Shown here: positions 1 through 12,000 of the stretch, piece after piece
Layout: each line of letters opens with the position of its first letter
Position numbering within the stretch: the first letter of the stretch is position 1
Assembly: GCA_001724265.1 (NCBI GenBank)
Contig: MEDY01000027.1
Location: 110,405-130,404 of the forward strand
Reading direction: 5' to 3'
Origin: Rhizaria sp. SCN 62-66
Taxonomy: Eukaryota
DNA: 20,000 nucleotides
The notes under the pieces: generated by a model
Databases searched by the model: none
Seen by the model: the letters and a program-made list of their open reading frames with translations, nothing else
What the model was told of the DNA's origin: nothing
Made by a program: the position numbers and the translations under genes

Positions 1-14
1 CGCCGTCACGTTCC

Positions 15-3000
15 ATGTCGCGCTCTCCATTCTCGCAGCACCGCAGTGGTCTTCCCCCCCACGTGTCGCCAGTGATTTCGATGCCACAGAGTATCTCGCC
101 CATGCCCTCGCATTCGACCGCTGCATTTGTGACAGTGGATGCCCCCTCAGTGGCACACACACTCACTACGGTGCAAGGTCTTCACCGGGTTGCCGTGCGT
201 CTTGTTACGCCGTCCGTGCGTGCTGCTGTAAATACTTTTTTGACATCTAATCAGCCTGGCGTCGCTGCTGCTGCGCCTGCGAGCACGTCTTTGCCCATGA
301 CTTCGCTTGACATCCCTGTTAGCGGACAGGTAACGCGGCCGCGTGACCCTTCGTCACCTGGCACACAGCCTGCACTTGGCCGCGTCGGGATCTCTCTTGC
401 GCGCCCGCCGAGTCGCCAGGCCGCATCCATGGCTGCTTTATCTTCACAGCGCCACCTGGTTTCTGGTTGCCTGCGCGCTCCGGCGCTTAAGGGGGTGTCA
501 CGTTTCATTGTTGCGGCCGGCTCAGTTGTGGCGACGCGCATTGCGGCAAGCAACCGCGCGCTAGCACCCTTTGCGAGCCCAGCGCATGTTGTGCGTGCGC
601 ATGAGCTGCGCTGTTCCGCAATACATAGTGTTGAGGCCGCTGCGCGTAGTCGTGCTGCAGCCGCGGCCGCTGCGGCGCGCATGGTTCAGCAGTCCCGTGA
701 AGCTAACCAGCGCGTCGTTGAGAGCCTTATTCACCCTCATACCAGCGGTGCTTCTGCAACAGGCAGTGATGTGCGCAGCAAGCTCCGCAAGAACCCGCGC
801 AGCCTTGGTCAGCATATTCCCCATAACGCTGACCTTGCAGCGGGCGCAGACATTGTGTTCGACGCAGATGACGAGGTGCTGTTTGCAGACGAAGGTGAGG
901 AAGAAGATATCCACATCAATCGTCCTTCCTCCGCAAATCTCCATCACCAACAAGAAACGGCGAATGTTGCGCACACTGCACCTCAACGCCTTCCTCACAA
1001 AAAAGACTCGTCAGGCGACAACAAGAACTCCTTTAGCAAGCGCGGTGTAAACATGACTGAAGCTGAAGAGCATTTCCTGAACGCACTGTTTGGCCCCGAT
1101 GTGCTTTCCTCACCCCCGTCGCTTCCGCTCCTTTCATTCCCGTTTCCGGTGACTCCAGTTGGTTTCGTCGCCGCTGGTGGCTCAGCGGCCATTGCGCTTC
1201 CAACCTCGGCTGATCCTCCGGCGCGTGTTGGCACCACGGCAAGTCTCGAGCTATCTGTCATGCGTTCAACCTCGCGCTCTGCTCCCGCCGCGGCAGCCTC
1301 CGTTTTACTGCGTGTGCGTGTTCCTGTATTCTCATTGTCTGCACCCGCACCGCAGGTTTTCACTGTTGACTTTGAAGGTTTTTCTCGCACAGCGGCACAC
1401 GCGCTGGCGGCGTGTAAGGCACCTGCTGGCGCAGCCGAGACGCTTGCCGCTCTGACAGCATTTCACCGCCGTGTTGAGACTTTCCGTGCGCAGCACCGTA
1501 CGGCTGCTGCAGACAATGCCGCTGGCGCGATGTCGGATCGCGTGGCTGCCGTGCTGTGGCAGACGTTGCACGGTGCGGCGCTACCGACATGCGACTCCGA
1601 AGCCGACACATGGGCATTACTGGGGACGGCGTATGGTGGCGTCGTGCCACTCGCTGCGGCAGGCTCCTCCTTTGCAACTGACGCGGCTGCGCTTGGGTCA
1701 TCGGCGCTGCATGCCACGGCTACTGGGATTAATGCTGGCCTAACAAGCTCTCTGCCGACTTCAGCTACGCCCGCTCGGTATAACGCTTTGTCACTCACAT
1801 CTGCACCTTACGTTGCGCGTGCATTGCTTTTTTCTCCAATCGCGCACCGCACTGCGCCTGCTGCAGGCTTTGCCGCACTTTCTGGTGCTGATGGTTTATT
1901 TACCGCGATGGCTGCTAATGCAGCTGAATTTGAGGCTTCCAGTGATAAATTGCATTCAAGTTCAGCGGCGCGGACCTGGAGCTCGTCGCGCAATGCAGTC
2001 TGGGGTGATCTTCCGTTTCTGTACGCAACATATGGCATCTCAACAGCATCATTTGGCCGTGGTAGTGCGGCGACTGAGTTCCCCACCATTGCTACTGGCT
2101 CAGGTGCACCAATCTCGCTGGTTTTTCCCGCCGCAGACCACGACGCGACTGTGCGCGCTACGGCCGCCACTGTCGCTGAGGGTATTGCCGTGCATGCTCA
2201 GGCTTCGATTTACGGCGCCGCACCGCTGCGCAGTCATGGTTTTGTGAGCGTCGAAGAAGCCCAGTCGCAGCCCTCTCTTAACAAGCAGGTACTGTCCTGG
2301 TATCAGGCAGCTGCAGTGCCGCAGAACAAGACCGCTGGTGCTACTCGCGTACTACAGCGCACCACAAGTTCTGCTTGTGACGCAAATGATCATGCCTGGC
2401 GCACGCTGTCGGCTCTTCGTGTGCCGTCATCTGTGGACGATGTGCTTGAAGCCATCGACAATGAGCGTCTGCTTGTCGTTTCTGCCGCGTTGCAAACGCT
2501 AGCTGCATCCGGCTACGGTGACCACGTTGTTGCTGTTGCAGAGTCCACAGACACTCCCGCTAGTGGAGCGCTGAACGCGGCTACTGTGTGCGCGAAACAC
2601 ATGGGCGACGTGTCGACCGCAGCGGCTGATAATAATCGCACCTTGGCCGCAGTTTCTGAAGACTGGATTGTTTGGCGTGTCGCTGCGCCAAACACATTGA
2701 TGCTGTGTTTTGATGATCCTTCGGACGAACACGCAATATACTCAAAGGTGGAACACACGAAGAAGCGCTTTTTACTCGATACGGTTCCCGTGTTTAAGCG
2801 CTTTTTTGGTAGAGCTGGTTCCAGTAATGAAGCTGTAGGCGCACTCTCCATCCCTGAAGAAGACAGCGCGGCCGCCGCGGCAGTTATTCCTGGCTCGCCA
2901 ACCGCGGCCGCTGCGGCTGCTAACTCGCTTGCCGCTGCAGCTGTTGCGGGCAACACCGCGGCGCAGCTTGCAACGGTAGAGCCTGTTGAGATTGAGCCTT

Positions 3001-6000
3001 CACGCTTTAAGCAGGCCCTCGACTCTGTCGCCAACAAAGGACTGGGTTCTGGGTCCAATTTGTACCAGGCACGTACACAGCTTCTCGCTCGCGTTCCAGA
3101 CAGTAGGCCGACGACATCAAGCTCTTCCACCAGTGAAAGTGACCGCGCACGCGCGCGGCCACGTGTTGAGATCAACAAAGAAGCTTTGGCGGCTGCAGAG
3201 TCTCAGGGTCTTCTGTTCACGCCCGACACCGATAGCGCTAAATCTTTTACTTTCACGACTAACAACGCAGATGGGCCACGTGTTCCACTTGGCACACCTA
3301 TTGCATCATCATCACTTAGCATTGCAGCGGCGCTTGGTATGAGTAAAGAATCCACCACACCCGTCCCTGGTGGTACTGGTATTGCAACGTACCTGTATTA
3401 CGATAATGCAACGCGTGCTGCCATTTGCAACGCGTTCGGATGGCGTACGGTTGTCAAGCCTGGCACAGTGCTGATTAAGGAGGGTGAGGAATGTGACAAG
3501 ATGTTCATTATTTACCGTGGCGTATGCCGTATTGAAAAGGCTGTCGAACTTGTGGTGCCGCGCTCAGGTACCTCTCTATCTGCCAGCGCATCTGCCATCG
3601 GCGTTCAAGAGAAAAAGGACTCTGTATTGGCACGTGTGAACTTACGGAACCTTCATTTGGGACTCATCACCTCTGGACAGCTTGCCGGTGACGAGTCGTG
3701 TCTGCTTGCGGGACCCTCGCCTGTAACGGTGTGTACAGTTACTGCTAACACGGAAGTGTTTGTTATTGCGCGTGAAGCCGTTTTAAGGCTGTTTCCTCCA
3801 TCACTGCTGCGGCATTTGACGTCAGACGCGCGCGAGCGGCTTATGTGGCACCACCACCGTTTATCGCACATCTTAGAGCGGCTTAACCCTATCACGGCTG
3901 TTGTTGCCGCTGCTGCGCAAAGTGGCATCTTGGCTGATATCCAGCCTGCCGAGCGGAGGTTAGGACCATACGAACTGCCGTCAATTATTGCGCTTGAGCG
4001 TGATGCGCGCGCGCGCGACACAAGCGAGTTGTCACTCTCGGTCGACGTGTTGCAGGTGATGCGCCGCAGTGCCGCTTTTGCGACCACGCGGAACAAGCTT
4101 GTTGCTGCAGGTATGGGCGACATCTCGCTTGCAGGTCGCGGCGGAGGTGTGCTGCCCGCTCTCTCGACACTTACGGCTGCCTTTGGTAGTAACCCCGCGC
4201 TACTCAACTCGGTCGTGCGACCCACAGTACCAATTAACACAAAGGTTAAATCTGCCGCCGCTGTTGCTGCTGCCGCTCCTGGAGTGTTTTCTGCGACTCT
4301 CTCCCTTAAGAATTCTGTGGGTGGCAACCACGCTGATGGCGCGCTGCGTGACCCGCTGACGGGCCAGCTGATGCCGACAGAGGTGGTTGACCCTATGACA
4401 GGGATATCGACACCTTTCCAGCCGCGCAGTGGAGCTGCAGCTGATCAAGCGCTGGGTGTCTCATCAAAGTCACGCGCGGACCTGCCGCTCAAGGATCTCG
4501 TTGAGCGTTCGCGTGCTTTCCTTGCCAAAGAACTTGCTGACGCTGCATTGCAAGACGGAACACGTGAGCATGGGGCGGGCTATCTTACGGGTTCCGCACT
4601 GCTTCACGCCGCTAAACGTTATCTTCATGAGGGTGCACTCACTGGTGTGCCTGCCAGCACCTCTCATCAACAACAACTTAACGGACGTCGCCATGCATTC
4701 AATGCCACAAGCATGGCAAGCGGCAAGCCAAAACGTCAAGTAACTGTGCGGCGTGTTGCTGGTGGGTTATCAACAATGGTTGCGGGTGTTGAGTCGTCAG
4801 TATCGAGCTCGTTGACGGCAGAGACCAAGGCTACAATTGCAAAGCGCGAAGGTGTGACGCTGAGCACTGATCTTGCAACACGCCTGACACCGATCTCTTC
4901 AGCGAGTCCCGCGACACACTCGCGCGCTGAAGCGTGCTTACAGCTCGCTCAGCGCATTGATGCACAGCGGCTGCGGCGGACACAGCAAGACTTTGCGCCG
5001 CCTGTATGGTATGCTCAGACGACGCTGGGAGCCGACACTGCAGCGACCAGTAAAGTGCACCGTCCACTTGAAGAGCTTGAGACAAAGTCCGTTGCTGCTC
5101 CCACGGCGACAACCGAGATTGATGGCACTGTTTTGCCTGCGCCGTCGCAGTCCGAGCAGCCAGTCATGACTGTCTCAGAACTGGCCGTGTCATCCGTGGC
5201 AGCGCTCTATGCGCAACAACAGGCACGCGCGCGATACCGCCCTGCACTGCCTGTTGCGGCGCTACACAGTGCGATTGCACGCCACATCGATCATGTGCGT
5301 CGTGGTGCGGCTTCGATTACAGCCGACGGACTGGATGCCACAGCCGCGAAGCTGGGCACGCTTACACCTACAGCTGAGCTTCCTGTCTTACCTACGCTGC
5401 CAATGTTTGTTGATGAAAGTGCACCCGCAAGTCTGAGCGATAGTGACCCCGATTTGCGTTCAAGTCGGAGAGACCCTGACAATGAGCGCGATGAGCGTTT
5501 GTGCAAGCCTGCAGCGCAAGCAGCAAGTGCTGAACTCGATCCTGAACTTGTCGCAATGGCATTGGAGCCTACACTTAACTCTGAAAGCGCCTTTCGTGTC
5601 ACTACGCTGTTGGCAGCTGCTGAGGAACGTGAACGGCTCGCCTCCGATTCCACGGCACGTTTGCGCAACGGCGAGTTCGATGCTGACATGGATAATGATT
5701 TATTGCCCATGCGCGGACCCATTGACGCGGCCATGTTCACACGCTTCCGTGGCACAGAAAGTGGCATCAAGCCCGGTGATGCTGTGAACGTCGCGGCTGC
5801 TGCAGCCGGCTCTAACCCAGCCTCCTCCATTGCCGCATTTGGTTCTGCAGCACTGGCGAGCTCGGCCTCTGCAACGGGTCCGTTGCGGTCGCCAGATGAT
5901 CCTTTGGCACCCGGTACGGGCCCTCACGGTGGCACGGCTGGCAGCGGTTTTGTCAACAGCAGCGAAGAGGTCGCAATGCCTTACTTCAAGTACCAGGGCT

Positions 6001-9000
6001 TTGAGTCGCACGCCGCCGTGCTTCTTACCGCTGGTCTGCGCAAAACAGTTGAGAACCAGTATATCCCTTCAGCACACACCCTGCGCGTGGGTAAGCTTAC
6101 TTTTTCCTCTCTTGATGGTGGTGTTGACGGTGGCGTTGGCAGCGGACTGTGTCTTGAAGCGTCTGTGCGCCTTCCACCGCGTCCCTTCACACGCGGTGCT
6201 GAGGCGCCTGAACAGGTGGACTTTCTCCATCCAGGCGCAGCTGCCGCCATTGTCGGTGCCGCACACGCACATGCTGCGCGCACAACTGCCAGCAAGGAAG
6301 TGCTGAGCGCTGAGGCCGCATCCGTAGCTGCTGCAAATGTGCGTTCTGCAACGGGTGTTTTAACTGCCGCGGCAAAACCTTCTCGCATTAACAACCAAAA
6401 AGAGATGCGCCGCGGTGCACCGGCAGCTGCGCCAGATGAGGTGCCAGGGCGTTTCTTGTCTTCAACGATGGACCCACTGACTCTGCGTTCGGCATCACTG
6501 CTCTCGGGCGCGTGGATGGGCGGAGGCGCCACTGGTATCCCGCATCTTGTCCCACCTGATGCGTCGCTAGTGAGCCCCGCTGAGGGCGCGCTCGCGTCAG
6601 CTACTACTATCCTCGGCGAGCTTAGCAGTCTCAGCACTGGCGGCGTCGCATCTCTCACGCGTGGCGAAAATAATGTAGCAGTACCTCCGCTGATGGCTGT
6701 AAGCGGAGTCATGGCTGCTGCGCTTGCGCACGGACCACTCCGGCCCGCAGACCGCGATGTAACGGTTGTATCTGTGAAGACTGGCCGCGTGGTTGCATTG
6801 GCAGAACTTGTTGCTCCGAAGCATGGTGCTTCAGGTGGCAAAGTTACACTTACATCGACATCCAAAGTCATCGCTGAGAGTAACACTGCATCAGTGACGC
6901 AGAAACAACAAACCCTAGATATGACGAAACCAGGTGCTGCACTTCTTGAGCAAGACTTGACGCCCGGCTTGCGTGCCGTGCTTTCAAGTGCTGTAGCGGG
7001 TCAAGGCGCACGCACTACTCCAGTCGCGATGCGCGAGTCACAAGCTCAGTATTTGAGTGCGGAGGCTGGCCTGGTAAGTTACGTTGGTATAAACAAAGCA
7101 CTCAAAGACTCAGCGTCTGCAGTTCATGCAGCAAGTGGAAGTGAAGCTGCTCCTGATGCGCACGCGAATGATGCTGTCGTTGCAGCAAGCGCTGCGGACG
7201 CAATGCAACGCGCCAACTCTGTTGCTCGTGCTGCGGGTGCCGCGCGCGACACTGCAACGCCCGTGAACGAGTTCATTACTGTGGCTGTTACGAAGCAACC
7301 GACTCTTCCTCGTGCCGTCAAGGTTGACCGCGTTGTAATCGCGCAGGAGCTTGCCATTGCGGCACAAGAATCAAGCCTTGCAGCTGCGGCTGCAGCCAAA
7401 TCAGCTGCAGCTGTGGCAAAGCAAGCTGCCGCAACTGTGTCTCAAGCTGAAACTAAGCCTCACTATGCCCAAGCACTTGACCGCGACGCCGGAACTGCCT
7501 TTTCTGTCCGTCAAGACGGTGCTGATGATAATCTGCACAAGAAGAAATCTTCAGCACCTGTGCATGAGTCAGAATTTTTTGTAGAAGCCAAGAACAAGTA
7601 CACTGCACCATCGGCGGCTCTTCGCTCGCTCATTACGCGCGGTCCTACGTCGCTGGTCTCGCGCAGCGAACGCGAGGCGCAACTTGACGAGGCTGCGGCG
7701 CGCGTAAGCAAGCTTGCTGAGGCTGATGAAGATGAGGCCTCTCAAGCTCAAGATGATGATGACAACGATTTTGATGCTACAGACGCATGGCTTTTAGGAC
7801 TGGACCCCTCTGACTTTTCTGCACGCTCGCAGGCGGGTGCACCACTTACCCTGCGTGAGACGAGTGCACTTGTCTCAAAGGCGCGTCATGCGTTGACGGG
7901 TTCGCTGTCAGTCAAGTCATCAGCACCCAGTGCTGTGGCTTTTGCATCACAGTACAATTTGCAGGCAGATGCTCTGCGTGCGCTGCCATCAGCGAAGCCG
8001 CTGGCGTCGCATGGACAGGACGATGCGGCGGTTCGATCGGTCTCGCGGTCATCCCGCGCGGCGGCAGAGTTGTCTCGGCAGGAGCGTCTGCGCGTGGTCA
8101 ACTGGCTGAGTTCATTCTTAGCCGATGTGGGCGACGTCGACGACGGAGTTGCTGATGATCTATGGATGGTACCCTCACTCGCACCTTCAGCTGCAGCTGG
8201 TGCCGCCGCCGCAACTGTCACCGAAGAAGCCCGATTGCGCGCACGACACGAACGTTTGCGGCGTCTTGCACTGCCAAAGCGGCAGCCGGGCACTGCGGGA
8301 CTGTCAACACAGATGATTGCGCACGAAACCAAGGGTGACGCCACAGCCACTGCGGCCCGCTTCTCAGCCTCAACGCTTATTGCACTTGAAGATCCTTGGG
8401 GCAGCCGCCTTCGCAACAAGGGGGAGGCTGCACTGCGCCGCCGTGCTGTTGCTGCGATTGGACTTTACTTGACCCCCGATGATGCCGGAAAGGCCCTCGC
8501 AGCGACGATGGCGCAGACCACCGCTCGTGAGACGTTGCTTCCCTCTCATTCGCTCCCAGCCGCTTTCACCTCCGGTGTGCGGCTGAATCCTAGCACAGCT
8601 ACCTCTGGTGCAATTTCAGCTACAGTGGTTGCGAACAGTGAGCAAGACGACGAAAATCGCGCGTGGGAAGCGTTGCGCGCGCTAGCTGACGCCATTTCGC
8701 GGCCGATTCCTGGCCCCACAGTCTCTATGGCTGCTGCAGAGGCCGCTGCCTCCGAGGCTTCTGCCATTGTTGCCGAAAAGCACGCCGCCATGACAGCCAC
8801 AGGGCTTTGCGATGAAGATAAAATCGTAGAAAACAAATCAAAGACCGTTTACGCACCGTTCACACTGGTATCGATTGAAGGCGTAGCGTACGGTGAGACT
8901 GCGCTGACAGACAGCTTAGCGGGCGCTACTGTGCGGCTGCCAATGCCCGACACGGACGCTACAGTCACAGCGACGAACTTGACTGCACGTGCGCCACCAT

Positions 9001-12000
9001 TGCTGTCATTTTCTGATATTACGCCTAACGTGTCACTCCCGCTTCCGTCAACGGCAGCCGCTTTAATCGATCTCAAGAATCAGCGCTACGTCAAGCATAC
9101 GCCGCGCCTGTTTGAAGGCCGGCAGGCTGCCAAGCTGCGCGCAGCGCTGGCGGAGCGGGCGTTCCACACCAGGTTAGCGGCACTTATTAAGCGTGAGGGT
9201 GAGCGGCGTGCGCGAGAGATTGCTCGCGGTGAGGACCTCATGCTTGACGAGTTTACGGTGCCCGCAGAATCTGCGGGGACGTGTGCCAGTGCGCTATTGG
9301 GCTCTGGTACTGGTGATATCACGCCGCGACTTGATGGTGATGTGTATCAGCAGACTCCCACGCGTGGGCGGTCTAGCAGCCGCGGTGAGTCCAGTGGCAG
9401 CCGCAATGGTTCGCGGTCGCCCTCACGCACAGGTCCGACGCGAAGTCGTACTCTTGCAGCGGTGTCACCGCAGCCTGATCGGGCCAGTGGTGGCGCTCGC
9501 TTTGAGTATGACGCTGCGCAAGATGAGTGGGTTCTTCGGCGCCCAGAAACCATGTCGCCACAGCTGCGCCGCAGGCTCGCGCAAGCTGATAGTGGTTGTG
9601 ACTCACATGGGCCAAGAAGCGCAATTGATGGTAGCGGTCCGCCCCAACAAAAGTTTCTCTCCTTCTCTGCTCTTGCGCGTCAAAGCGCACAGATGCCCTC
9701 GACTTCTGTTGTGCCGCAAGTTGGGTCTGAGTCTGCGATGCTCGGGGCCGCAATGTCACGCTCACTTAACGCATCCGCTCGCCTGGCTGATGGTGATGCC
9801 ACAGCTGCGGTGGTGTTGCCCTCCGCCGCACTGACTGCGCGCCGCTTTGTTCACAACGCTGCTCTAAATGCAACCAAGCAGCCAACTTCAGCTGAGCCGC
9901 AGCCTGAGGATGGCGACTTGACGCAGCGTCAGCGCTTGTCACGCTTCGAAGTGCGCCATCACAGTCTTGGTGACCTTAACATGGCGCTTGCCCCCGAGTC
10001 AGCGCAGAATGTTGTATTTGACTCAGGATCTATTGCTGGGACTGCGCCTGTGTCAGTGCCATTGCAGCAAATGAATGAAGTGGAGAACGCTCCGGCGCGC
10101 GTGCAACCTGTGTCTGCGATGCGCCCAGCACAACCCGAGTACCACATGCATCGCGACCTCTGGGAACAAGCTTCTAACGTTGATGCCTCCGCATTGCCGT
10201 CTGCAGACAGTGTTATTCCGGAGGGCATGCTTCGCTACGCCCCCGCCACAGATAAAGCACCCGCACCTCTTGTGCCTGCACCCACTGCGGAAACGCACGC
10301 GACGCGAGTACTCGGTGGTGATGATGGGGAGCAGGTGTACTCGCTGTTTGACTTTGGTGCGACGTTACCATATGTGCCTTCTAAACTCGTAACGGCGAGC
10401 ACAGTGGCTGGCCGTGGCACTGCGACGACGATTGCAGAGGATGAACATTTCCGTTCGATCGTGGTGACGTCACAGCTGGTTGACCTCTACGCCATCTTCC
10501 GTGCGCATCTGGAGGCGCGTGAGCGCTTTATCACTGACGCTGCCCGAGCTTCTGCTGCTGCCACAGCCGCTGCTGCTCGCGAAGGCGACGCGCAGGCTGC
10601 CGCTGCGCCATTGGACGCGCCTGCTGTGCTCTCAACACTGGGCTCTGACGGTGCAGCGCAGTACGTGACACAATGGGTGAGCGGCCGCGTGCAAGGCATG
10701 ATGGCGGGCCGGCCTGCGGCGGAGCAGCGTGCAGCTGTGGAACTGTTGGCCGATCTTGTGCGCGGCGCGTCGTGGTCGCACCAAGTTGCACTCTCACGGC
10801 TCCGCGACCGCGTCTCAGTTGAGGTTGCCCGTTGTGCTGCTCGTGAAGGCTCAGGCCCCGGCGCTAGTGCCGCGCTCGCTGCTGCACTGCGCTCCGATGG
10901 CCGCGCCAAGGTTGTCCCTCCCCCAGCAGGTCCACGTGCTGGGGCAGATGAGGGCGATTACGCTGACGCGCTGCGCAAGGACGAGCTTCGTCGCACGCAG
11001 ACCGGTGTGACATGGGTCGCCCCTGCCGAAGCTTCTGATGCACTGGATGTCTCCGCGCGACAATGCCAGGAGGACCAGCGTGCAGTGACCAACGACGCCG
11101 TGGCGCGGCTAATCAAGTCTAGCGCGGTGCCACTGGGTGCGGACAATGCGTTGTCAGCCACCGCGTTGCCGTTGCCATCACCGCCTGCAACTTTGAGCAC
11201 TGTGCCGCCCACTGTGGCCCTCAATCTCTCGCACACACCGACCCCAACGTCTGCTGTGTCTACATTGAGCGCACAGCGCATGGGTAGGGCATCACTGCTG
11301 TCGGTGGACATCTCAAGTGACTCGAACCCTTCGTCTGCAGCAGGATCCCCGGCCGCAGGGTCGCGTATTCACTCACCGCCGCTGGCTGCCGCGCTCGCCA
11401 CGCCGCTCGCGTTTGCCGGCGCATGGTCTGGTGCCGGTTTTACGCCCCGTAATGGGACTGGCAGCGCAAGAGACCAGCGGCCCGGGTCGATCAAGCCGCC
11501 CTCGCGTCCGCAGTCACGCCCGCCGCCGGACCAGCAGCGCCGCCGCCGCGACGTCGCGCCCGTGGTGAGCCCACGCAGCAGCGCTGCAGCCATGGCCGCG
11601 ATGCAGGAAGAGGTGCAGCGCCAGCGCGCCAAGCAGGGTCTCACGTCTGCAGGTATTTATACGAACACTGCCAGTGGCGGCCTCGCACCGCTCTGGGGCG
11701 CGACTCCTATGCAGGACCGCTCCGCACGTGTGCCAGCCGCTGGTCGGCGCGAGCTTTTCCCCGAGCTTGGCGGCAGCAGCAGCGCTCGTGGTCCTACAAC
11801 AACACTGCACAAGACCAAGAGCAAGAGTACGGTGGCAGACGCGATCGACGGAACAGGTCTGGGTGTGACTGAGCACATGGACCGCTTGCGCGAGCATGCG
11901 GCCTTTGCAGATGCAGTTGCTACTGGCACAATCGCTCTCTACAATACGCCCCCTGTTGTCGCACCCGTGCCGCAGCAGTTGCGTGCCCCGGGCCAGGTTC

